Below are positions 38,142-50,700 of a stretch of DNA of 64,000 nt, piece by piece. Source of the stretch: Tubulanus polymorphus (taxonomy: Eukaryota > Animalia > Nemertea); NCBI RefSeq assembly GCF_964204645.1, contig NC_134027.1, forward strand, positions 7,472,485 through 7,536,484, in the 5' to 3' direction. A program made the translations under genes and the position numbers. Each line of letters begins with the position of its first letter. Position 1 is the stretch's first letter. The notes below the pieces were generated by a model, which saw only the letters and a program-made list of their open reading frames with translations, had not been told where the DNA came from and made no database searches.

Positions 38142-41100
38142 GTATTCTTGAAATATTTGATTGATAGTTTTCGATTGGCCTTAAATTGAATCATTGCTTT
38201 CCGTTTTGTGTTTACGCGTGGAGGTTTGTCAGTTAATTCATTCAATTTGAGTGAAAAATATATGGTTTTATTCATCAGCGGATGTTTATTCAATGCTTCC
38301 CGCTTCATTTCAATAATCGCGCTTCAATTTGTTGTAATCTTGGCCTTGGATCATCGAAATACGTATCTTACCCAACCATCGCAGGGGAGTTATGACCCTG
38401 GTTATAAATTGTGTTGTTTATTCATTCTTATAATCAAAATTCAACTGTTTCATTGACGACCAATTACTGTAGTGAACTTTGTTATAACCTATTTAAAGCT
38501 ACTAGATGAAGATCGCCATGACTAATTGGAGAAATGAATACTTCATGTCATCATAAATTGTTTTGTTGTTTCAATCGAATTTCAGGTAATAAGAATATCA
38601 TGGATTGTAAATATTGTAGCTTTTTAGATTTAAGGATTCAATGTTGCCAGTTTCATCCAAATTCCATGATGGAATTTAATATCATTTTCGGATAATTTAT
38701 ATTCTCATAGTGAGATTTTTTCATTGTCTAATTAAACCTATAACTGGCAGCATTGAATACGTAGAGTGATTTTCAACATGAGTGCTGTTCACATTTTCAG
38801 ATTCTAAGTTGCTTTATTCAGCGAGGGCTCTCGTATTGAGTACTAATGAGAAATTATTTAGTACACATCTAGTGTCCTTATTGCATTTTTCAAGGATCTG
38901 AAACGTGTGCAGTGCTACGGAAATGTATTATTTAATTAACTCGGTACTGCATACCATATTATGTAAAAGCTTTTATCATCCCTTTAACGTCCATACGACC
39001 AGTTGATATAAATCTACTGGTTACTGAACCTTGTTGCTACGAAAGCTTCAGGCTGAGGAATTTTACAACGGGTCTTCGTATGTTGTTACTAAGGGCTCTT
39101 CTTCAATTATCGGTTTTGGATGTTTGTGTAAAAAATAAGTGTAAATTAATGGGGAAAATGGAACGGGAGAAACTACGTAGTTAAGTTGCAGACATAGAAT
39201 TTGTAAAAATATGTACAAAATGAACTACTCCAAATCGAGGTGACTATTTTCTGTTTCATTTTATAGCAGTGTACAGACAACACAAAAAGTCAGAATGTAT
39301 TTATAAATACTAAGCATTTTGTACACAGACTGGCTACTGGCTATATCAGTAGTATCGGAACGGACACAATAATTGTAATAAATACACAACTGTCACTGCC
39401 AATCATGCTTTCTCCCTTTCCAGACAACCTTCTTGAGAAAAGCAAGTATTTCATAATTGGGAACAGATAGGATTATTGCATATATTCATAGTATATACAT
39501 ATGTAAACTTGTAACTGCAGGGGTATTTATGTCTGCTGATTTGTAACCCCCCCCTGACTATCGATAACAATGATTATTTTGAGACAATTGTAAATTATTT
39601 ATGCTAGAAAATTATTATTGATGATGATGGTAACATTATTATATATATAATGAAATGATAAGTACGTACTATGATGGTAATTACTAATGTTAATAATATG
39701 TAGACTGTGAAGATTATGATTGCGCTGGATATTTCATTGAGACAAGATTTGTATTATAATTTATATTCGTAATGATGAATCCATTCATTGATGGCTTTGC
39801 ATTTGGCTAGAATGTGGCAAGTGGCATTAAGTACATAGGTAGGTTGGGCACCAATATTGTATTTAAGTCAGTTGTAATTATCAAATACTTCGATGTCGAA
39901 TGCAAAGGCACAGTTTGTATTTTATTCGACAATAAATCTTGTTATGTAACAAAATATATGCAAGTTTTTATAGTTTTTTGGTTGTATATTATGATCTTCA
40001 ACCCTCACAAAGACAGTACCAGTACCCAGATGCTCTAGTGAGAACAGGATTGCAGGTGGTGACTGGTCTGTTTGCTGCATCTTTTATAAACGAGTAGCTT
40101 TGATTTTTCGTTGAAAAAGTGAAATTTCCTTTTCAATCTGTTATCGCGATAATTGACTTGGGCAGTGGTGTCGTATCGAGGATATGTCGTCCTAAATTCC
40201 AGCCTATGAATGCTGAAATGAGGTTAAAAATCATGTCTAAGTATGAGGACGTCATCATTAAAGTAGTACTACAGTCAGTTGTACATACTAAACTTGGTGG
40301 CAGCAAGGTACAATCCCCTAGTGGAATTTCTGTAAACTAATAAAGCAGTCAATCAATTGATCATGGTCTTAGTTCACAGAAATTCCGCTAGGGGACCATA
40401 CGGTGGCGCTAATCCTAATCCTAGTGGAATTTCTGTAAACTTATACAGCAGTCCATCGATCAATGAACTCTTTCAAGTCGTATTTGAGTTAGTTCATAGT
40501 TCATCAGTCAATCACAGAAAGAATATCCACGGTTAATTCCCTTTCTTCGGAAAATACGGCTAAAAAATCAATAAAAAACTCCAGAAAGTTAAAGCAATAT
40601 AAATAGAGAATATGTTTATTCTATAATATCATTATATCAATTGTGTTAGTTTGAAATTCATGTATATTTTATACACAAGATAGAAAATAAAATCACTTCA
40701 TGTATTTACATATATCACTTTGTGTATATATTGCAGTTTGGAATGACTGAGAGACATAATTATGTTTATGATTAGACATGATTCATAGAAAACTCCCAAA
40801 AAAGTGAGCAAAACCACATGGACGTCTGGCAATAGGACGGCTTCGAAGCACGTAATTAGAAGAACGAAATACAGTAGACAAGCTGAATTTATGTCACAGC
40901 AAAACAGCAATAATACTGTGATTCATAGTAGATACTATAATACGTACAGTACCATACTGGATACATAAATTGTATAATATTGGGCAGAAATTTACATCAT
41001 GATTTGACCAGTACCTAAAACTTCATGATTCATGAAAATTCATGATAAGAATAAAACAAGTATATTCACTTGCCCCTACATAAAGCCCCTTGCTAGTGAT

Positions 41101-41740
41101 AGTACATTTTGTTGTATAAGTAAAGGGGCTTTGTTATCATAATAAAAATAATTCCAAGATTCTAAAACTAATTCTAAGTGGCCTAGAGTGTTGTACCAGA
41201 ATATATAGATCTCAGTAAAAATTTCTGTTCAATAAAAGAGAACATGATGGAATGAATAATTTTTATCTTCAGGAAAGTTTATGAACATATTTACACAATA
41301 TCTTATTGATGATTCCTAATTTGTGGAAAGCATCTCAATCATTTTCACCCGTTATTCCAATTTCTCCAACAAGTAGCAACAATAAATATAGAATAAAATC
41401 AGTCACCGCACAGATCAAATTATAAATTACATGTAAACATGTATTCAGAATACCATATCGGAGCAGCTTTAACATTCAATATGCATATTAGCAAAAATAC
41501 ATGAAGAGTATTTTTGATATTAGGTAGTTTTTAAGAATATAATATAGCCAGTACCATAGAACTACTCATTCCATTTACAACCAACATTACAAGTGGTTGA
41601 AAAATAGCATTGATATTGTAGATGTTATACCCTGGATATGTACATATCGTCATGATATCAACAATTGAATTGGCTTTTTAGCATACTAGCATTAGATCTT
41701 ACTCCCAGTAAGCCTGCATTTTCAGTAACTGGTTTAGAAA

Positions 41741-44700
41741 TTATGCAGCTTTTTTGGGTAATTTTTCTATTATCTTATAATCGAGCAGTATCGAGTATTT
41801 TTCGTTGCGTGAATATTTAAACTTCGCGATCAATGCCATTGCAACATTTGCCACATCACCAGTGTAAATCATTCCCTCCCATAAATCTGTCGTTTCGGTT
41901 TCGCGTAGTTTTTGTTTTCCGGTCTTGCCGACGACAACTGCAACATCTTTCGCATCGGGAATTTCGACGGAAAATTTCAAATGTTTGTTCACTTCTAAAT
42001 CGCCGTCCATCGGTTCGTGCAGGTGACACCCGATCCAGCTGCGAGTCGGGCGAGGAAACGGCACAGAATCTGACACGGACGACTCGCATTCAATCAAAAA
42101 CCGAAGCACACAGTCTAACTTTGCCGTGCTCGTTTTCGCTTCAGCGGCGAAAATCGACAGCACGTAATAACCGGCTTTCGGACATCGCGCAATGAATGAC
42201 TTATTGCCTTTGTACGAGAAGAACACGTATTTGTCGTAGTCCCCGAGACAATTCCCACGTCGATCGAAAAGTTTCATTTGATGCGATAATTTAGCGTCTT
42301 TATGAAGCCAGAAAGTGAACGGTATTTCTTTCTGCCACGTGAGCAAAACATGCGGATCCTGACTGGCCGGTATATCCATTCCGACTCGCTCCATCATCGG
42401 CATCTTCCCGATGACTCCGATGTTCGGGAAGATTCCATTAATGCCGGCTTCGTAGCAATCATCCCCGGCAATGATTTGAAAGGCGCACGCGTGCTCCAAG
42501 GATGTCGATTTCCAATCATCGGCGACATAAATATTAAAATAGAATCGTCCGATATCCGGTGGCGCCACAACGAAAACGACAAAATCATCGATGACTTTAA
42601 TCAAGCAATGTCCGTCACCTAAACTGATGAGTCCGTTATCGCGAATTAAATCCAGCGTACAATGCAACCCGACATATTTCGATATTCTCAAACGAATCTC
42701 AACTCGTCCGTCTTGTGTGAACAGTTTCTCCTCCAAACGACGCGTGAATGGCTTCAAACCGGAATTGAAAAACGGCGATTTCAAAACGGGCATTCGCCGG
42801 AACTGACTGACTTTGATCGGATTACGAAGCAGCTGCCATTTGTGATCGTCCGGGTAATGTTGGAATATATGATCCTCGGGATCCGTGCAGAAGTAGAACT
42901 CGTCGCATTTGTATTTCATTCGTTTACGATCGGCTTCAAATTCGTCTTTACCCTCGACTCGTCGCGCGCCCCAGTTACAATTCACAAATCTCCACTGGTT
43001 GTTGATACTGACGGCAGTCCACGTGTTTCGGAAGCACGCCTGTTCGATGTTCATCCCCGGTCGATAGCCGACACCCTTCGAATAACCTTTGATCACGTGA
43101 CAGTGTAGACCAGCATATCTAAAACAGAAACGTTAGATCGATCAATTAATCATTTAATAAGCGAAACGGATAATACTTTATAGGTTAACTTGAAGCTACT
43201 ATACATTAGTAGTGAAAGCTTGGACTTCAAACAAACAAGTTAACCTATTAAGTACCATCCTTGTCATTTTGCTCATTCTTCACCAGATTAACAAAGCTCC
43301 TCTACGAATCTAATAGTCGCCCTATCAATGATAATTTCAATCAACTTACCCGCAAAGTCTCTTGAATAGCTCATGGTAACTTTCCGTTCCATTCTTGATA
43401 CCTTTCAACATGCCTAATAATGAATTCTTGTTGTACTCTCCATCGAGATCAATACGATTCAAATCCTTTACAGTGATCCAACGGAACAAAGCTCTACAAA
43501 ATAATTCAATCAATCATATTCGTTTTCAATCAACCTGATAATATCGATGATAATATACGCAGTACTCACCTTGCTTTCTCGAGGTCATCCTTACAATTTC
43601 GTGTTAAATCTCTTACGAGTTCACCATATGTCTTCTGTTCTAGTTGTGCAACCTGGAAAAGAAAGACGATACCGATGAAAACCTAATTATCAGAATGATT
43701 GAAGAGGAACTATTTTGAGTCCAGTCTGAAACAAAAAACTGTGCTATTCATCCAGATCTATGATGATAAAACCACGATTCATACCTCAATAACTTTTGTA
43801 TCAAGTTCTTCAAACACATCTGCACTGACGTACAGTACGGATCGACGATTCTGAGGAGGTTTAATCTCAGGCTCTGGTTCTTTGAGTTCAAACGATTTCT
43901 CGGATTCTGTTTCTGGTAAATCATCCGTTTGAACTTCAATCGATTCCCGACGAGCCTCTAACAGAGTAGCCGTAGTCTGAGACTGACAATCTCTTAATGG
44001 CTGCTGCTGCTGTTGCTGCTGATGATGTATTTCATTTGTATTTCCGTGAAGTTCTCGATCCTGAAATGTTACAGTTCTAACTGTTCAACTGTTACAGTTT
44101 CAATTCATTCACTATATGGATTGAGGGTAAATATAAGTGTATGTACAATAAACGCACAATGTATGACAGTAGTCAGGGTAGCATTCAATAACTACCATGG
44201 CCATCGTAGAAGCATTTCTAAGTTATTTCATAAAGTAATAACAAGGATGTATCTCATACCTTCTGAGCGATAAGACTTAATATTTCTTCATCAGTCATCA
44301 GTATTTTAGACATGCGCTTGCCTTCATCTGCCATCATTTTCTTCATAAGAGCTCGGATTTTGACGCGTTTCTGTAATTCGAAATACAATTCAATTTTCTT
44401 CTCAAGCAGATGAAGACCGCCTTCATCTAGATCTAAACTTTCCGTTGACTGGGTAAGATCGTCATCGTCATCATCATCCTCATCGCCAGATAATCCGAGA
44501 GCTTCTCTCGCTGCTCGTTTCTCCGCACGCTCTTTCTGCCTTTTCTCGAGGGCCTCGATTCTACGTATTTTTGCTTCGAGAGCCGTCTCCTCGAGTAACA
44601 TCTGAAATATGTGATGTCTTCGTGTGTCTCGTTCGCTGAGTACATCATCAAAACTAATATTGATATCATTAAAGGCGCTTTCGTCAAACACCTCATCTGC

Positions 44701-47700
44701 ATCATCAACTGCACTGTCCCAGGTGATAGAAAAATCACCCTCGTAATTCTCTCCATTTGTACGTGGAATAGCAGAGAGATCATGGTCTCCTGACTCTCCT
44801 TGAAATTCCAATTCGTTTTGCAATTTATCTAAATCTTCATAACTCGGTTCAGGGCGCATTGTTTTACTGGTTTTTTGTGTTTTATCAACAGTCGCATAAA
44901 TTGCGTCATCATCAGATAAATCGCTACCCGCACTATCCGATGTTGCATCGCCAAGGATTTTACCAGTTTTATCCTTCTTCGATTTGATTTTCTGACTGAA
45001 GAACATCGCACTCAACATATCCGACGTATTTTGTACTCCAGATTCATTTGTCTCCTGATGAACTAATGTTTCATCAGTGGATTTTTCCAAGGATTGAACT
45101 TTCGCTGGAGTCATTGTTGATGAACTATTTTTTACCTCATCGTTCCCATCAAGTATTGCTGTCTCATAAGTCATCAGTTCAGACTTCAGAGTAACTTTTG
45201 GAGTTGAAGTCAAAGCTGCATTCAATGTACCATTCTTTTCGCTCTGCTCTTTATTTCTAATCGTACTAGCTCTTGTATCTGTAGATTTACCATCTATTTG
45301 TCTCTCTAAACTTGTTTCTCTTGACCTCTGTTTTTTTGCATCTAGTTGCCTTTCCAAACTATGTTCTCTAGATTTAGGTTTTGCGAATTTTGTGTCTTCC
45401 AGTTGCCTTTCTAGACTATTTTCTCGCGATCTTTGCTTGGCTACGCTGATGTTCTCCTCAATCAATGATGTAATGAAGGCCTTCTCACGTTCATAATCAG
45501 CATTACTTCGATTGATTTCTCGTGAAGGTTCGATTCGTGGTTCTTCATATTTATAACGACTTTTACCTCTCGATTGTCGCTGAGATGTGTTTCGGTGATC
45601 CGCTATAAAAAATGACTTTGAATGTTTCATGTCTTGAATCGCTTTCTCATCAGGTTCAATGTAATCTTTTTTCTTAGGTTTCATCCCAAAAAATTGACGC
45701 AGGGTCACTTTACTACTCTTCTTCATCTTCTTTTGCTCACTTGGAGAGCTTCCAAACGCTTGCATCAATTTGACTTTTTCAGGTGATGGCTGACGGTGTT
45801 TTGCTGTTACTTTTTGTTGAACAAGGCCCTGTACAATGGAAGCAGTATCTGAACCACTTATACTCGCATTACTTTGAGAGCGAGTGCTTTTATATCTGGT
45901 ATCCTGATCTAAGGCAGAATTTTCCATCAGGCGTGCATGTATCAGATTATCGCGAGTTAATGGTGCTGTAAATGATCCATCATTTGGTGGAATTTGTTGT
46001 TGAGGTATTCTGCCACGATCAGGAGGTGTTTCACCCCATTCTGACGTATCTATTGAAGTGACAGTTGGGCTCACAAATGTCATTTCTGACTCATAGCCTT
46101 CACTGTAAGGAGTAACAGGAGCATTTGTTGACATATCACCAATAGTTTGAGTGGTATCAGAAATTTCAATACTATTTGGAGGCTGTAAAATAGTACCAGT
46201 TTCAGTACGATGCTGTACTTCATCATTTTCAAATTTTGTCTCATGATGTTGAACTACTTCATCATAAGTTATTTGTTTTGGGTCACTATCAGATACAGTA
46301 TCCTTTTCAGGTATACCAGTTTGCTCATCCACCATTTCTTTTTCACTGATTTCGTCAACTTGTAGATTGAGTATCTGGTCTGCAGCTAAGTTTAATGTCT
46401 GGCCATCTTTAAGCTCAACGGTATGTTCATCCTTAAGACTATGGATGTTCACAGTTTGACCATCAGGAAACTGAACAGCAGGAATATGAACTACCCGAGA
46501 TACAATGCTTGCATTTCCATCAGAGAAGGTCACCGATTTAATATCATGTGTACTGGTAACAATCACATCCTCACCAGTTGACAACTGCCGATTTTCGGTT
46601 TGTCCAGTAATTGTTACAGTTCTTCCACTTGGAAATGTCATTTTTCTTCCCTCATTTGTTTCACAAATAGTTACAATACGCCCATCTGATAGAGTGAGAG
46701 TTTGCCCTTCAAATCTACCAGTAACTGGTGCCACCTGTCCATTTTCAAAGATGATCTCTGTTGGTACTTTGACCTTTGAATCATTCACAGCTACAACTCT
46801 ACCATCCGCTAGCTTAAATGCTTTCAGTGAATTACCTTCTTTAATTAGAAATGCTTCACCATTTTGAGTTATAACAGATTTTCCCTGCGGAGTATTAGTG
46901 AGAGTAACTGATTTGCCATCAATAAGGTTTAACTTCTGGCCCCCTGTTCCCGCAAATGAGATGACCTGACCATCAGAGAGAGTCATTGTGATTCCATCAG
47001 ATTTACAAACATGCATTCGTTTACCATCAGGATAAGCAATCATTTTCTTATCAGCAGTATGAGAAACATTAACAATCTGACCATTAGACAGTGTCTTTGT
47101 ATCCGTTGATCCAGTTACTGTAATCATCTGCCCATCAGGAAAGTTAACAGTTTTTTCTGACAATGCAGAGACAGCTCTTACTTTCCGACCACTTGCAAGA
47201 ACTAACTTATCCCCCTGTATAGCAGTTAGCCCAACTTCTTGTCCATCTGGGAATACTAAAATACGACCTTCTTCAGTTAGAGAAACTTGGACTCTGCGAC
47301 CATCAGAAAGTTTGAAAGATTGTATATTCTCAACAATTGTAACTAATCGACCATCTTCAAGTTTAGCAATCTCTTTGATTTCTACTACATTGCTCACTTC
47401 ACCATTTGGATAATTGACAACTTTTCCAGTCATTCCATTCACAACATATGCTTCACTCCCATCTTGATATCTGATGACATCACCTTCTTTAATTTCAGTA
47501 ATTGACGAAACATCACCATTCGGAAATGTCATTGTTTGCACTTGATCAATATTTGTCACTGTTAATGAGGTCTTATCATCTAGAATTACGTCAAATCCTT
47601 CAACCATCATAATTGCTTTATTTTTACCATCAGGAAACATCATGATTTTGTCCCCGTCTTCATCGACTATTACAGTGGCAACTTGTCCATTCGATAAAGT

Positions 47701-50700
47701 CATTATTTCTTTATCAGAGTCAGATACATTCACTGATTGACCATCTGATAAAGTCAGTGTCTTTGATGCCTGTAACACTTCTGTGGAATAACCCTCTGGG
47801 AAAGACATCATTCTTCCTTCTGGTGTACAAGTTATGACAACATCACGACTGTCGATGAGCGTTACCATTTGTCCCTGAGCTGTAGAATCAATTGGAACAA
47901 TTTTTCCATCATGAAATTTCATCATTGCCTGATCAGCTGTTTTCGTTACAACAACCTCCTTGCCATCAGATAGATTCATCACATCACCTTCAGTACCAGT
48001 AATTGCTAGAATGCGACCATCCTGAAACGTCATAGTTTGTACACCATAACTAACAGAATCAGTTCCTTGTATTCTCCTGCCATCTACAAGTCCATATGTC
48101 TGCCCTACATTACTCGTTATTGTGACTGCCTGACCATCAGAAAATGTCATCACTTTTCTGCCTCGATTATTTCTCGTAATAGTCACGACTTGTCCATCAG
48201 CGAGTGTCATTGTCTGTCCTTCTGTTTCAGCAATTGTAACAACCTCCCCATCAAGAAGTTTACGAGTTTGACTGTATCGTACAACGGCAACTTCTCGCCG
48301 ATCAGGAAATGTTAAAACCTTCCCTTTTGGAGTCTCTGACAATGAGCAAACTCTACCATCTGATAATGTAAGGGATCTCCCTTCAACTTTAACAACAGCA
48401 AGAACATTTCCATCAGACAAAGTCAATGTTCGGTTTTCAGGTTCACCCATCATCTTCATCATTTTACGATCAGCTAAGGTAACAGCTTTTATACCAGGAT
48501 TGGTGGTGACTGTTATTACTTCCCCATTAGCGAGAGTCATTATCTTCCCTTCAGCTGTAATTCTGCCCTCAACAGTTTCTCCATTGTCTAAATTCCATTG
48601 ACAAACATCACTTTGTGAAGTTGCAGAGACTACTTGATTATTAGCTAGATGAAATACCTGACCAGTTTGTGACTTTTTAACGGATAATTCGGATCCATCT
48701 TCTAGAATAAATTTCTTTGATTCAGTATCGTTGACGGTGATAGTATTTCCATCTGAAAGCATCAAGACCTGACCATCCACAGATCCAGGAACTTTCACTG
48801 TATTCCCATCCGATAAAACAAGTATTCTACTTTCTAGCTGACCAGATGTAAAAAGCACCATTCCTCCTTCGAGGGATAAGGTCTGACAATCAGCAGGTTC
48901 AGTTATTGTAATCAGGTTTCCATCAGTGAGCTGCAATGTTTTGCCTACATCACTTTTCACCACATTCACCGATGTACCATCAGACAGATTCATATTTGAG
49001 CGACCAGTTTTATTGGCAAGAATAGATATGACATTGCCATCTGAAAGACGTACATTTTCATTGGATGCTTCACAGATCTTTATGAAAGATCCATCGGTGA
49101 GTTTTACAGTTTGATCTTCAATTGGTTCAACAGTCGTCAACACTTCTCCCAGTATCTTTACCTCCAATCTCTGCACAGTACCACCATCAGATTCACTATC
49201 ACTACTAGTATCCATATCAACTATCTCAACTTTGCTAACAGTTCCTGCCGTTTTCACAGTAGTTTTCTCAACTTCAACTGTTTTCATTCCACCCATTTCG
49301 ATGTCTTCCAGTTCACTATTATTTTTAGCAATATCAATCGGTTCTGTTACTTTTTCAACCTGTATTGTTTCACCTGGAGCTAAAGTGATCGTTGCCTCTG
49401 GTTCAGGCACTTTTGCAAACTGTTTTTTGGCTTTGATAAGCTCTTCTAATGCTTTTAACTTCTCTTCTTTTATTTCAATAGCTTTTTTCTTTTCTTCAAT
49501 GCCTTTCATATCTACAACTTCTGCAACACCAGAATCATACTGCCACTGTTCTTTATCCTTAACATTTTGTTGATCAGCCATAAGAACATCATCAATAGAC
49601 GTCTCATGCAACAATATGCCTGGCGTTTGTTGTGAGGACTGTTGACTTGTTTTTCGAGGCACAGGCTTTGGTTTTGGTTTAGGCTTTGGTAGAGGAACTC
49701 GCTGTTTTGGAATTGGTTTCACTGCTGGTTTTGACAGAGGTGTGTCACTGCCAATTGATGTTTCATAAATCATTATTTCTTGTTCTTTTGGTTCATTCTT
49801 GGGCATACTATGAAAATTGGTTTCAGCATCATGAACAACAGGTTCTATCGGCAAGAGCACATCATCAATATTGGTCTCGATTGATTTATTACGTTTCTTA
49901 GCCTGTTGATATTTAGGGATATGAATTTGGTTTGGTTGTTGTGCATTCATCTCTTCAATAACTGGATCATTGGCATCTGCAATTAATTCCGTTTCAACAA
50001 CCATATTTTCAACTCGATTTCCGTCAGCCTGAATAGGTCTAAATGACTGATTCTGCTTGAATGTCTTATTGGACATCATAGTCTTCTCTAAATCATTGTC
50101 TGTATCAATAGTCATCATTTTACTTGTTTGTCCTTTACGGGGAACCATTGGACTGAGACGAGATGGATCAGGATACTGACTAGCATGAGCACCACGTCCA
50201 TGGATCAAAAGATGTCGTTCATGTCTGTGCGGTGGCTCTATGTAAGCAGGTGGACCAAAGCCTGTAGGCTGTTCATTAGCCATTGATGAATCTTTCATCT
50301 GACTGCGACGGCGTTCTAAAGGTGGCTTGTTTACTGCGGAGTCGGGGTTTGCTTTATATCCCATAGTTTCCATGAATAAAGATGTGAATAGTGAATCAGT
50401 GGTACTTTCTCGAGCCGATCGCTTCGACCTTTTATGTGGTGTTGCACCAGTAGACTCGTTAGCTTTTTTCTGGATTATGTTTCTCAAACTGGAGCCATGT
50501 TTTTTATAATCAGCGCGTAATTCCCTAATCATATCTTCCTTCTCTTTACGCATCATAGCTTCGAGAGCCATCAATTTGGGCAAGTCTTCAGCATCGAGCA
50601 TATATAATAGATTATCCTGACCAATGTAATCCTTATCAACCAGTTCCGATAAAGAACCAAATTCAATTGACTGAAAGAAACAATGCATTAAAATTTCACA

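Noticed and set aside
41833-50509. Many + strand and alternative-frame ORFs overlapping the hillarin-like gene
   Set aside because: Antisense shadows of long coding exons with no recognisable motifs.
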